Source of the DNA: Chloroflexota bacterium
Lineage (GTDB): Bacteria; Chloroflexota; UBA11872
Assembly: GCA_034423235.1 (NCBI GenBank)
Contig: DAOUIX010000058.1
Coordinates: forward strand, 10,484 to 74,483
Length of the DNA stretch: 64,000 nucleotides
Direction of reading: 5' to 3'
Shown: one piece after another, positions 9,928 to 19,633 of the stretch
Layout of the letters: every line of letters starts with the position of its first letter
How positions within the stretch are numbered: the first letter of the stretch is position 1
Made by a program: the position numbers and the translations under genes
The notes under the pieces: model-generated
Told to the model about the DNA's origin: nothing
Seen by the model: the letters and a program-made list of their open reading frames with translations, nothing else
Database searches by the model: none

Positions 9928-12551
9928 CGGCGGTCAGTCCAGAACGCGGCGACGACCAGCATCACGAGCGCACCCAAGGCCGCGAACGAGATTAGGATGC
10001 CGGCGGCAAAGCCCGGCGGCGAATACGTCATCACCACGGTATGGGCGCCGGCGCTGTCGATTGGAACACCGCGCATGAGGGTGTTCACTCTGACAATTTC
10101 GGTTGGTCGCCCGTCAACGGTCGCCTCCCAACCCGGATACATGGCCTCGTTCAAGACAAGCAGCCCCGGTGCACCAAGTTCAACCTGTATAACGACACGG
10201 CCGGCCCGGCGTTTCGGCGGATGCACGACGTCAGGGCCTGAGGACCTGGTCGGACGGATTCCCGGATCACGGTTGACCAGCACCGGGCCCGAAAGGCTGG
10301 CGATTGCGTCCAGGATCTCCTGTGGTTTTGCCTCGGCTACCGTGATCTCCCAGTCCCGGGCGATCCATGCCCGGGGCGCCCAGTTCCGCAACTCATACAC
10401 GTACAGCGTCTGGTCCACCGACGCCCATGCAGGAAGCTCGATAGCGGCTGCCTGGACCTGGCGCAGCTCTGGCGCCTGGATGGGCACGCCGGACGTGACG
10501 AATCGAACGTTGGCGGCCGCCAGGGCCGGGGCACGACGCCGCAGCAACTCAGCGCGTACCGTTGCGTTCAGAGATGCGTCGGATGCGAAGCCCGGGACGG
10601 TGGTGCGCTCGCTCCCGACATAGGCCAGAAAGTCGGCGGTGGCTCGAGGCATCAGGTTCTCATAGCCGTCGATTGATGCCCGACCTCCTGTCATGGGAAG
10701 GTTCGGCGTGAGCGTCTCGTTGAGGAAGACGTACTCCAGCAGATCGCGGCGCGTTGGATCCAACTGAGTTCCGGCAGCGGTGGACAGTTCAAACTTTTGC
10801 GCCAGGCCGCGGTAAGAAAACACGCGCCATTCGCCGCCCGAATCCGCCGGGACAACCGTGCCGACGCCGGGCTCCCGGGCATACCATGCCTCGGGCACCG
10901 TGGGCACGGCGTGACCGGGAGCCAACAGCACGTCAAACGCCAAGACTCCCACCAGGGCCGCATGCGCACTGGCTGGAGCCATCCTGGCGCGCAGAAAGCG
11001 CCAAAGAATCAGGCCGGTGAGGACAGCCGCGAGCAGCGTCCAGCGCGGAGCCCAGTACTCCAGGCTGAATGCGGCCGTCAGGCGTTCGTAGAGCTGATCG
11101 AACGTGCGGTAGTAGCGTTCCGCGGTCAGGAACCGGCCCTCCGACCCAACAATGGCTCGATCAATGTAGTCGTAGCTGTAGGGAACGATCAGGAAAGCGA
11201 AGCCAGTCAACACAATCGTGGCGGCAGCTGTGCCGGCCCCGATCAGTCCCGCGAGCCATACCCAGGTACGCCCGATCCATAGCACCAGCAGGCTTGATCG
11301 TAGGTCGACGCTACGCAGGTGTTCGATGCCAGTGGCCGCGAGATAGGCCAAGGCGAACGAGGCCAGAATCCCAAAACGTGACGGCTGTCGGAAGAACTCG
11401 AAGAGCGGCAGCTTGTGGAGGAGCGGAAACCCAAGACTGAACGAGCCCATGGCCAAGATCCAACTGAGCAGAATCAGACCGACCAGAAACCGCACGAGCC
11501 GTTCACGCCAGCCCACGACAACGGCCACAAGGGCCAGTGCCGGCGTAGCCATGCCGAGATACAGCAAGGCCTCGGCTCGCAGGCTGTCGTTGAGCACGCG
11601 CGGTATCTCGAACGACGGATAGAGGTAGCCGAGAACAAGACTCCAGGGTGGAATGGAACCCTGTGACGCGGTAGCGAATTCGAGCCCGCCGGCGCGCGTG
11701 GACTGGCCGGTGGTTGTAATCGTGGGCAGCAGCCGGACCGCACTCACGGCGAGTCCGGACACGGCGGCAGCGACAATCCAGGCCAGACCTCTGGCGACCT
11801 CCGTCATGCCCAGATCGGTTCGCACCCACCAGAGGCGAGCACAGGCGAAGAGAAGCCAGCTGAAGCCCCACAAGAGCGCGATCTGGGGATGGCCCGCCAG
11901 CGACGTCACCGCGGCGCTGACCGCCAGCAGCGCGGCATAGCGTCGCTGCCCGCGCGCGATTAACTCGATAGCGCCGATCCCAGCTGGCAGCGCAAAAAAG
12001 ATATCGGCGTAATTCAGGAATCGCGACGTGGCGAAAATGAACGCGCCGTAGGTGAAGAGAAAGCTCGCCAGATAGGCACTGGGCCGCGTCAAGCCCCATA
12101 CGCGTCCCAGCCAATACGCCGCGCACGCTGCCAGCGCGAGACCAAGCGCCAACTCAATGAAGTAGGCGCGCAAGGGCTCAAAGACTCGGAGCAGCGCCCA
12201 GGTCAGCGGGTAAAACCAGCCGAATTCGGAGAACGCAACCGGGAAGCCGGCCAGCATCCCGTCGGTCCAGAGTGGGATGCGTCCCTCACGCACACCCTCC
12301 GCCAGCAGTGCGTAGCGGGGCTGGTAACTGAGCAGCAGGTCGAGGTCCAACCAGGGCGCGCCAGAGAAGAGCAGATCTCGGTACAGGAGCAAAAGCGGCG
12401 TCAGGAGACCGATGGCGACGAGCGCGCGGCGCTGCGCGATGGAGGCGTGCTCAACCCCGCGCAGCAGCCGGCCCCACGCCCCGTCAAACCTCTTCAGGAT
12501 GACGGAGCCGATCCGAGAAACTCGCGGATCGCCGCAGCGCGCTGCGTCCAC
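9924..12551 (-). CDS. YfhO-family large polytopic membrane protein (putative extracytoplasmic glycan/teichoic-acid-type glycosyltransferase)
   Basis: 875 aa, >12 TM helices. N-terminal LWTDGMLAGFPVAFSEFGWFYPLTWALL resembles the YfhO motif. The annotated start overlaps the upstream GT4 by 58 nt, so the true start may lie internally. Confidence 0.5.
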   Translation of the reverse strand: MDAARCGDPRVSRIGSVILKRFDGAWGRLLRGVEHASIAQRRALVAIGLLTPLLLLYRDLLFSGAPWLDLDLLLSYQPRYALLAEGVREGRIPLWTDGMLAGFPVAFSEFGWFYPLTWALLRVFEPLRAYFIELALGLALAACAAYWLGRVWGLTRPSAYLASFLFTYGAFIFATSRFLNYADIFFALPAGIGAIELIARGQRRYAALLAVSAAVTSLAGHPQIALLWGFSWLLFACARLWWVRTDLGMTEVARGLAWIVAAAVSGLAVSAVRLLPTITTTGQSTRAGGLEFATASQGSIPPWSLVLGYLYPSFEIPRVLNDSLRAEALLYLGMATPALALVAVVVGWRERLVRFLVGLILLSWILAMGSFSLGFPLLHKLPLFEFFRQPSRFGILASFALAYLAATGIEHLRSVDLRSSLLVLWIGRTWVWLAGLIGAGTAAATIVLTGFAFLIVPYSYDYIDRAIVGSEGRFLTAERYYRTFDQLYERLTAAFSLEYWAPRWTLLAAVLTGLILWRFLRARMAPASAHAALVGVLAFDVLLAPGHAVPTVPEAWYAREPGVGTVVPADSGGEWRVFSYRGLAQKFELSTAAGTQLDPTRRDLLEYVFLNETLTPNLPMTGGRASIDGYENLMPRATADFLAYVGSERTTVPGFASDASLNATVRAELLRRRAPALAAANVRFVTSGVPIQAPELRQVQAAAIELPAWASVDQTLYVYELRNWAPRAWIARDWEITVAEAKPQEILDAIASLSGPVLVNRDPGIRPTRSSGPDVVHPPKRRAGRVVIQVELGAPGLLVLNEAMYPGWEATVDGRPTEIVRVNTLMRGVPIDSAGAHTVVMTYSPPGFAAGILISFAALGALVMLVVAAFWTDRR

Positions 12552-13702
12552 GTGCGACTTTCCGCCTCCAGGCGGGCGGTTCGGGCCAAGCGGGCAGCCA
12601 GCGGCTTGTCGGTCAGCAGACGAGTGACGGCAGTTGCCACCGCGCGTGGCTCGTCCGGCTCGACCAGCAGCGCGTCTCGCCCATCCTCCAAGACCTCGCG
12701 CATTGAGGGTAAGTCACTAGCCACAATTGGACGCTCCGCAGCCATGTACTCGAAGAGCTTCAACGGGGAGGTGTGTTCGCGCGCGATGATCTGCCGCGCG
12801 CTGAACGGAATCACCGCAACGTCCGCCGCCACCAGGTATTTGCGGGCATCGTTGGGTGGTAGGTGACCCGTGACATGAAAATTCGGCAGGTCGGAGGCCG
12901 CTGCCCTGATGCGATCAAGGTCGGGCGGCAGCCCGCCCACAATGATCCACTGTATGTACGACTCGGCGGTGCGCGCCGCCGCAACGAGCGTGTCCACGCC
13001 CTTCCACGGGTAGAGGTGGCCCAAATAGCAGACGACGGACGCCTCATCCGGAATGCCCAACTCTTCCCGGGCGACGCTACGGTCACGACTCGTAAACGCC
13101 TCGATGTCCACGGCGTCAGGCGCCACGTACAGGCGCTGTGGATCGAATCCAGCATCGAGATACCAGCGCCGCAGGCCCTCGGTAATGGCGATTACCGCAT
13201 CCATACGTCGTGCAGCCCACAGATGCAGGGCTACGGACAAATGCGAACGGGGAACGGTGTGCACTTCAAAACAGAAGCGGGCCGGTTGGCCCACCAGCAG
13301 CCGCAGGACCGTCAACGGCAGCAGGTCGCGGCTGTAAACGACGTTGGGACGCCAGCGGCGCACGACGGTCAGGGCAGCGACGGCAAACGACCACAACTGC
13401 AACAGGTGCGCGACCAGCCTGATTGGACCGTGATTGAGCACTGGCCAGTCGATAGTGACACGCTTGATGGCGTCAATGGTCGGCAGCCCGACGAGGGCAA
13501 AGGTCTTGGGCACGCCGGCATAGACAAACGGGTCGCTCACGGCGCGCATGGCCGCCGTGTTCGCGCGGCGGGCATAGGCGAGCAGAACGGTGGCCCCGCC
13601 GGCGGCGAAGCCCGCGGCCATGTGCATGATCTGCAGCGGATGGGCGCGTTCGCTGGGTATCCGCGCGTTCGCAACCATCACCAGGCGCGGCGGTTCCTCC
13701 AC
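12494..13702 (-). CDS. glycosyltransferase family 4
   Basis: 402 aa. LVMVANARIPSERAHPLQIMHMAAGFAAGG and C-terminal PFSARQIIAREHTSPLKLFEYMAAERPIV. Confidence 0.8.
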   Translation of the reverse strand: MEEPPRLVMVANARIPSERAHPLQIMHMAAGFAAGGATVLLAYARRANTAAMRAVSDPFVYAGVPKTFALVGLPTIDAIKRVTIDWPVLNHGPIRLVAHLLQLWSFAVAALTVVRRWRPNVVYSRDLLPLTVLRLLVGQPARFCFEVHTVPRSHLSVALHLWAARRMDAVIAITEGLRRWYLDAGFDPQRLYVAPDAVDIEAFTSRDRSVAREELGIPDEASVVCYLGHLYPWKGVDTLVAAARTAESYIQWIIVGGLPPDLDRIRAAASDLPNFHVTGHLPPNDARKYLVAADVAVIPFSARQIIAREHTSPLKLFEYMAAERPIVASDLPSMREVLEDGRDALLVEPDEPRAVATAVTRLLTDKPLAARLARTARLEAESRTWTQRAAAIREFLGSAPSS

Positions 13703-13704
13703 GG

Positions 13705-15513
13705 CTAAACCCGATATTCAACACGCACGGTCACACCGACCGTCAACGCGCCGAACTCAACGACACCCCGCCCCTGCCGCCACGGTCCATCGACATGGAT
13801 CCGAAGTTTCCGAGCGGCGGCGGGCAGCCAGTAACGAGCCGAGGACAATGGCACCGAGGCCACGAGCCGATCGCGAACAACTACTTCGGCCCCCTGAACC
13901 TTATAGGTGCGTCGAGTTTGCACACCGGCAAGACCGCGACCGTCGACGCGCGCGACGCCGGATTCAACCGTCAGTTCGTCGTCGGTGACTTCAGCGCGAC
14001 TGTCGACGGCGTGGCTTGACAAGAGCCGGCGGCTCGCCAGCCACATGGGCGGACCAAAGCGGCGCCAGAGAAACTTCAACGCGTAGCGCCATCGGCCCGC
14101 GAGCAGGTGCGAGCGCGTGACGTGCAGGAGGAAGCGCGACTCTCGTAGGTCAAGCACCAGTCGCCAAACCGGCGGCGCCAGCCGCTCTGCCTGAGGCATA
14201 ACCTCCCAGGTTCCTTCGGGAACCGCGGGCTCTGATCGAAAACGCAGCCGATTGCGCCAGCCGTTGCCGGCATTGCCAACGTAGACCAGTCCTCCGCCGC
14301 CAACGCGGCCGCCAACCAGCCGGTCGGACGGGCGCTTGTGTGTCCGAACGAGCGCCAGCACTCGAGAGCCCTCGAGTCTTGCCACTCCAGCGTCCCGCGC
14401 GACGGCTGGCGCCCCTCGACCGGCCGCCGGCGGATTGCTCGGCAGATCATCAAGATCCGCAGCGGCGTGCGCTCGAGCCAGCCAGGCCAGGTCGGCCGTG
14501 TGCATCACCCGGCAGACGAACGCCGGCTCACCTTCCGTGGCATCTATGAGCCCGCCATCGCCGAGTGCTGCCGCGCTCTGAGCTGCAACGCGGCCGGCCA
14601 GCGGCAGCAGCGCGTCTCGCCCATCGGTCGCCAGGACGTACGCGCCGTAGGGCGCCGAGCCGACCTCCGCGTCCGCGTCCCAAAACCACCGCTTGCCCTC
14701 AAACCCCAGCGGAATTACACCGTCGGGCCGGAGCACGAAAGCAAGAAAATCGGCCCCGTCGCGCATTCGGTCTTCGAACGACGCTTCCGCCCCGATGTGC
14801 CGCAGCGCGTACCGCGCGAAGGCCACGCAGCGGCTGTGATAGTAGACGGTCAGGTCGGCGATCCCTTCACTCTCGCCCAGTAACGCCGCATCGCGCACGT
14901 AGGCGAACGAGCCGTCCGACCGCATTTCGGCGAGCGATCGCGCCACCGAGTCCTGCACGGCCCGCGCCCACGTCGGCTCGTCCAGCACGGCCGAGGCGGC
15001 CGCCAGACCCATCGCGCCCCAGAGCCGCTGATTCACCACGGGCTTGTCGATGACGTTGGTCAGCAAATAGGTATCGCAGCACAGGCGGATCGCCTGTTCA
15101 ATGGATCCGCGATCTTCCGCAGCCAGGACGTCACCCGCGTGCAACAGAAGCGAGGCCAGCGCGTCCACGCATTCGCCCGCGTCGATAATGTTGGTGGAGT
15201 TGTTGCGAGGATCGTGAAGGCCCGGGAAGAACACCCAGGCTCCACCGGCGCCGGGGTCGGGCGCCAGGCGTGCCACCACGCGACGAGCGGTACCAAGAGC
15301 TCGTGTGAGATAGCGCTCCTGGTTCGTGTAGGCGTGCAGTGCACAGTCAATCACGATGCTGCGGGCCGACTTACCGGTGTGGTCGACGCGATGCTCAGGA
15401 CACCGCGTGTATCCGTGCGCGTCACGAAGACGTTCGAAGGCCTCGGAGGCCGCCGCCAGCACCCAGCCGGCACGCGGAGTCAGCACGGGGCGCTGAAGAG
15501 TCGCCTCTTGCAT
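13705..15513 (-). CDS. heparinase II/III-like (alpha/alpha-toroid polysaccharide lyase/epimerase-like) protein
   Basis: ORF to 15621, but the ATG at c(15511-15513) lies 4 nt after the acetyltransferase stop (MQEATLQRPVL...). Toroid-like region: NQRLWGAMGLAAA, DGSFAYVRD, YYHSRC. Assignment is by resemblance only. Confidence 0.4.
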   Translation of the reverse strand: MQEATLQRPVLTPRAGWVLAAASEAFERLRDAHGYTRCPEHRVDHTGKSARSIVIDCALHAYTNQERYLTRALGTARRVVARLAPDPGAGGAWVFFPGLHDPRNNSTNIIDAGECVDALASLLLHAGDVLAAEDRGSIEQAIRLCCDTYLLTNVIDKPVVNQRLWGAMGLAAASAVLDEPTWARAVQDSVARSLAEMRSDGSFAYVRDAALLGESEGIADLTVYYHSRCVAFARYALRHIGAEASFEDRMRDGADFLAFVLRPDGVIPLGFEGKRWFWDADAEVGSAPYGAYVLATDGRDALLPLAGRVAAQSAAALGDGGLIDATEGEPAFVCRVMHTADLAWLARAHAAADLDDLPSNPPAAGRGAPAVARDAGVARLEGSRVLALVRTHKRPSDRLVGGRVGGGGLVYVGNAGNGWRNRLRFRSEPAVPEGTWEVMPQAERLAPPVWRLVLDLRESRFLLHVTRSHLLAGRWRYALKFLWRRFGPPMWLASRRLLSSHAVDSRAEVTDDELTVESGVARVDGRGLAGVQTRRTYKVQGAEVVVRDRLVASVPLSSARYWLPAAARKLRIHVDGPWRQGRGVVEFGALTVGVTVRVEYRV

Positions 15514-15517
15514 AGTT

Positions 15518-16123
15518 CTATGTCCGCTTGCGAATGACGCGCGCGGGCATTCCGCCCACAATGGCAAAGGGCGGCACATCGTCCGAAACCACGGCGCGCA
15601 CCGCCACCACGGCCCCGTCACCTATCGTCACGCCCGGCAGCACCACGACGTCGCTGTAGAGCATCACGTTGTCGCCGATCGTCACCGGCGCCGTCTCGAT
15701 AGGCGCGTCAAGGGCCGGAATGTCCCGGCGATCCAGCACGTGCCGATGGGTGTAGATCGCCGCGCGGCGACCGATATGGGTGCGCTCTCCCACCGTGATC
15801 GCACCTGTGCAGTCAAGACGGGCTTCGGAAAGAACTTCCGTCCCGGAGCCGATCGCCAACTCGGCGCCCGGCGCGTGACCCGGCTCCCAGCCGGCCCGGA
15901 CGTCACGCTTGATGCGCACGCCGCTGCCCAGCGTCAGCTTCAGCCCGGCCGGAAAGTAGAAGCGACTGTCCACCCGGAGCCCCTCGCCGCACGTCACACC
16001 GTACGCGCGCCGAAGCAGCGCCGCGCGTACGAGCCACAGCAGGCGTTGGTAGGGCGGAAGAACCGGTAGGTCCGGCAACTGACCGACGAGCCGCGCCAGT
16101 TGACGAGAAAGGTCCAGGTTCAT
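15518..16123 (-). CDS. left-handed beta-helix (hexapeptide) O-acetyltransferase, WcaF/NeuD-like
   Basis: 201 aa. Hexapeptide repeats ...ITVGERTHIGRRAAIYT...VTIGDNVMLYSDVVVLPGVTIGDGAVVAVRAVV; ATGA overlap with the next gene. Confidence 0.8.
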   Translation of the reverse strand: MNLDLSRQLARLVGQLPDLPVLPPYQRLLWLVRAALLRRAYGVTCGEGLRVDSRFYFPAGLKLTLGSGVRIKRDVRAGWEPGHAPGAELAIGSGTEVLSEARLDCTGAITVGERTHIGRRAAIYTHRHVLDRRDIPALDAPIETAPVTIGDNVMLYSDVVVLPGVTIGDGAVVAVRAVVSDDVPPFAIVGGMPARVIRKRT

Positions 16124-17259
16124 GATTGCGTCTGAGCCTCGGTGACCGACGGAAACTCCGGTCGCGCGCCCATCCGCAGTGCCTGATAGACGGCCGCCAT
16201 CCGCTCCGCGAGTCCCGCTGCGCCATGCTTTCGGACCACGTTGGCACGCATCCGGTCCACCAGGCCCTGCCGCGAATCCGCGTCCAAGCTCAGCAACCGC
16301 CCCAATCCGGCGGCAAGCTCATCGCTTGAGCTTGCAACCAGGGCATCATTTGAATGCTCGCCGAGCACGCTGCGGTAGGCGCTGTTATTGGTGATCAGCG
16401 GCGTGGCACACGCCAGGGCCTCCAGGCCCGTCTTGTCCAGCGCCGGTTGCGCCCGCCAGTTCACAAAGACATCCAACGATCCATAGAACTCTGCCATGGC
16501 GTCACCGCGTACAGCGCCCACGAACTCCACCGCGTTACGCACGCCTAGCGTATCGGCGAGACGCACCAGTTCGTCTACGTAGGCCCGATCCGAGGAATAG
16601 AAGGGTTCGCCCGCTATGCGCAGTTGGGCCTTCGGAAAGGCCCCTCGGCGCATCTCCGCCAGTGCCCGGATGCCCGGCTCGAACCCCTTGAGCGGTGTCA
16701 GGCGCCCGGCCATCCCGATCACCGGGCCGACGTCGATGCTTCGCTCATCTGGTGGACAGAACCTTGCGGTGTCAATCCCGTGGCCCAGCACGAACGCTCG
16801 CTCGCTGGGGATCGGATAGCTGTCGGGCGAAGCGGTGACCGCGGCGTCAACCAGGCGGTTGGCGCGCCTGAGCATGGGCGTCAAACCGTGACTCGCATAC
16901 CAGAGAACAAGCTTGGTGGACGTGACCCTCGCCAGGGGCCACAGCGCGACGGCGTACGCCGGCACCATATGGGCCAGGATGGCATTGACGCGGCCATCCA
17001 GCATGAGCCGCGCGCCGACCACGCCAAAGGCCAGCGCGGCTGCCCAGCGTGATCTCCCGCGTTCCCGGCCGAGGCCGTGCACATGCACGTTCGACGGCAG
17101 ATCGACGTCGCCGACGCGTGCGGCCAGCACATGCACGGCCTGTGCCTGTCGCGCGCATTCCTCGGCCCAGGTGTGCGCAACGGCGAGATTCGTGCTGGAG
17201 CGATCGAGTTCCTGCGTCACGAACAGCAGGCGCAAATCGCCGCGTGTGCGGTCGCTCAT
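16120..17259 (-). CDS. glycosyltransferase family 4
   Basis: 379 aa. LRLLFVTQELDRSSTNLAVAHTW... Confidence 0.75.
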   Translation of the reverse strand: MSDRTRGDLRLLFVTQELDRSSTNLAVAHTWAEECARQAQAVHVLAARVGDVDLPSNVHVHGLGRERGRSRWAAALAFGVVGARLMLDGRVNAILAHMVPAYAVALWPLARVTSTKLVLWYASHGLTPMLRRANRLVDAAVTASPDSYPIPSERAFVLGHGIDTARFCPPDERSIDVGPVIGMAGRLTPLKGFEPGIRALAEMRRGAFPKAQLRIAGEPFYSSDRAYVDELVRLADTLGVRNAVEFVGAVRGDAMAEFYGSLDVFVNWRAQPALDKTGLEALACATPLITNNSAYRSVLGEHSNDALVASSSDELAAGLGRLLSLDADSRQGLVDRMRANVVRKHGAAGLAERMAAVYQALRMGARPEFPSVTEAQTQS

Positions 17260-18386
17260 GCCGCGTCTCCCTCGGCCAGGCGACGATAGGCGTCGGCATA
17301 CGCACCCAGCACCGCGGTTTTCTCAAATTGCGCGGTAGCAGCCCGCGCTGCGCGTCCGACCGGCTGCAGCCCATCGGAGTCGCCTAGCGCTGCGCTCACC
17401 AGGGCCGCGCCGGCCTCGGCATCCCACGGCAGCAGCCAGCCGTTCGCGCCGGTCTCGATGGTTTCCGGCATTACGCCAACCGGTGTCGCAAAGACGGGCG
17501 TGCCGCAGGCCATGGCCTCCAGGCACACGCGCGGCCCGCCTTCGCTGAGCGACGGCGCGATGAGCGCACGCATCCGCCGATACAGATCAGCCAGATCGGC
17601 CGGACTGTCCAACCAGTCGACAAACGTGACACGGTCCCGGATGCCGGAGCGGGCGAGCCGGCGTCGAACCGCACTGGCTTCCGGCCCCCGGCCGGCAATC
17701 ACGAACGTCGCTTGGGGGTCCTGCGACGCAACGTTGGCGAAAACGCGCGCCACATAACTCAGGTTCTTGTTTGCCACCAGCCGCCCGACGAATCCCAGGG
17801 TGACATCCTTCTCAGCCTCGCCAGGCGTGAAGACATGCCGGTCGATGTAGGCCGAGGGCAACACGAGAATTTGCTTGGCCGGCACGCCCCATCGCGCCAA
17901 CAGGCTGGGAACTTCTCGCCGATTCACTACGCGAATGGCAGCCGCCCGGCGCGCCATGCGCGTGACATAGACGCGATAAAACTGCTGGGCCAGTGGTTCC
18001 CACCACTGCGCACGCTGCGGGTGACCCGGTACGTGGTGAATTTCGCTGACGTACGGCGTCCGGCTGTGGTGGGACAACCACGCAGCCGCTCGCCCATTCG
18101 CGAAGATCCCGTAGTCGTGGCTGACAATCAGGCCATGGGCGTGGCGTCGCAAGAGTTCAGCGCCGCGGCGTCGCAGCCAAGCCGACTGGCGCAGTCGCGA
18201 AACCGGCGCCGGCTCGACGCAAACGTTCGGATACGGCTTGACGGTCCGCGCACCCTCGGCGCGAGGCGCCAACACGTCGACTCGATCGAACGTCGCGGAA
18301 AGCCCCTGAAGGGTCGTGTGAAAGGGCCCGCGTCGCCCCGCGGTAACGTCTCGGTCACCGCTGAACATCAGCAGCTTCGCGCTCAC
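17256..18386 (-). CDS. glycosyltransferase family 4
   Basis: 376 aa. C-terminal SLSEGGPRVCLEAMACGTPVFATPVG is the E-x7-E GT4 motif. Confidence 0.75.
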   Translation of the reverse strand: MSAKLLMFSGDRDVTAGRRGPFHTTLQGLSATFDRVDVLAPRAEGARTVKPYPNVCVEPAPVSRLRQSAWLRRRGAELLRRHAHGLIVSHDYGIFANGRAAAWLSHHSRTPYVSEIHHVPGHPQRAQWWEPLAQQFYRVYVTRMARRAAAIRVVNRREVPSLLARWGVPAKQILVLPSAYIDRHVFTPGEAEKDVTLGFVGRLVANKNLSYVARVFANVASQDPQATFVIAGRGPEASAVRRRLARSGIRDRVTFVDWLDSPADLADLYRRMRALIAPSLSEGGPRVCLEAMACGTPVFATPVGVMPETIETGANGWLLPWDAEAGAALVSAALGDSDGLQPVGRAARAATAQFEKTAVLGAYADAYRRLAEGDAA

Positions 18387-19582
18387 GGACGGAGGGGTGA
18401 CGCAGAGCCAGTGACCTGGGAGAGTATCTCCATCGTTTCGTCCACCAGCCGATCCCAGGCAAAGTGATCAAGACCCTCTGACCCGGCACGAACAAGACGC
18501 GCCGCCAACTCCCGGTCGGTCAGCAGGAGGTTCACGGCTTCCACAAAGGCCTGGTGGTCACCGAGCGGCGTCAGCAGCGCGTTGTGCGTATGCGTCAGGA
18601 TTTCACGGTTTCCACCAATGTCGGTCGTAACGATCGGCGTTCCAACGACGCGCGCCTCCACCAGCGTGTGCGAGAGACCTTCGTACGACGTGTTCAGCAC
18701 AAACACGTCGGCGGAGCGCAGGTACAGGCCCACGTCGCGGTGCGCAATCCGTCCGACAAACCGAACGCGGTCGCCCAGGCCGAGTTCGGCGGCGAATCGT
18801 TCCAAGGCCGGCTGCTCCGGTCCGTCGCCAACGATGGCCAGCACGGCGCCGTTCGCGAATTTGGGCACCATGCGAATCAGGTCGTCAACGCGCTTCCACC
18901 CGTAGAGCCGCGACACGGTGCAAACAACCGGCCCCTGAAAGCCAAGCTGCCGCTTCGCTTCCTCTCGCACAATGTCGATCTCGGGGATCTCAGTCAACGC
19001 GTTGTGGACCACTCGAATCTTCTCCGGGCCGGCCCCCCAGCCGCGCACGAACGCGCCCACATACCCGCTGGGAACAACGATCACGGTGGCCAGGGCCGTG
19101 TACATCCGCTGGATGAGTTGGAACGCCCGTATCAAGAACCCGTGACGAGTTCGCTGAAACTCCTCAATCCCCAGTGACGTCATACCTCGCCGGTGCGCGG
19201 ACTCCCAAGCCCAATCGCCCACGATCTTGAGGACGCGCGGTCGACCAGCCAGCACGGCAGCCAATGTCGACGGCGCCTCGATACCGTTGATGTACACGAT
19301 GTCGGACTGTAGGGCGGCTCGCCATGTATGCCACCAAACCAGGACATAGCGCAGCGGGATGGGAGTATTCCAGGAGACGCGCACGATTGGGAATGGCGGG
19401 CGCACCAGCCCTTCGGGATCGTCGGGGCAGACCACGGCCCGAACCGTGTGTCCACGGTTGTGCAGGGTCAGCGCAAGGTTGTAGATGTGCGTTGCAGGCC
19501 CGCCGACCGTGGGCGGAAAGATGTTTGAAACAAAGGTGATGCGCATCTCTCGGACGCTAGCACCGGTCTCGGCAGGGGACAA
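18383..19582 (-). CDS. glycosyltransferase family 4
   Basis: 399 aa. MRITFVSNIFPPTVGGPATHIYNLALTLHNRGHTV. Confidence 0.8.
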   Translation of the reverse strand: MSPAETGASVREMRITFVSNIFPPTVGGPATHIYNLALTLHNRGHTVRAVVCPDDPEGLVRPPFPIVRVSWNTPIPLRYVLVWWHTWRAALQSDIVYINGIEAPSTLAAVLAGRPRVLKIVGDWAWESAHRRGMTSLGIEEFQRTRHGFLIRAFQLIQRMYTALATVIVVPSGYVGAFVRGWGAGPEKIRVVHNALTEIPEIDIVREEAKRQLGFQGPVVCTVSRLYGWKRVDDLIRMVPKFANGAVLAIVGDGPEQPALERFAAELGLGDRVRFVGRIAHRDVGLYLRSADVFVLNTSYEGLSHTLVEARVVGTPIVTTDIGGNREILTHTHNALLTPLGDHQAFVEAVNLLLTDRELAARLVRAGSEGLDHFAWDRLVDETMEILSQVTGSASPLRP

Positions 19583-19633
19583 CGGCTCTCGCGGCTCGCG
19601 CCAAGCAAAGGCGCCGTGCGCTCCGCCTATCGA

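Noticed and set aside
12412-12627. Possible alternative internal start for the YfhO-like gene to avoid the 58-nt overlap with the upstream GT4
   Set aside because: No ATG/GTG/TTG in-frame start codon is present in the first 30 codons after the GT4 stop (the candidates are GTT/CTG). The annotated ATG with the overlap is kept.
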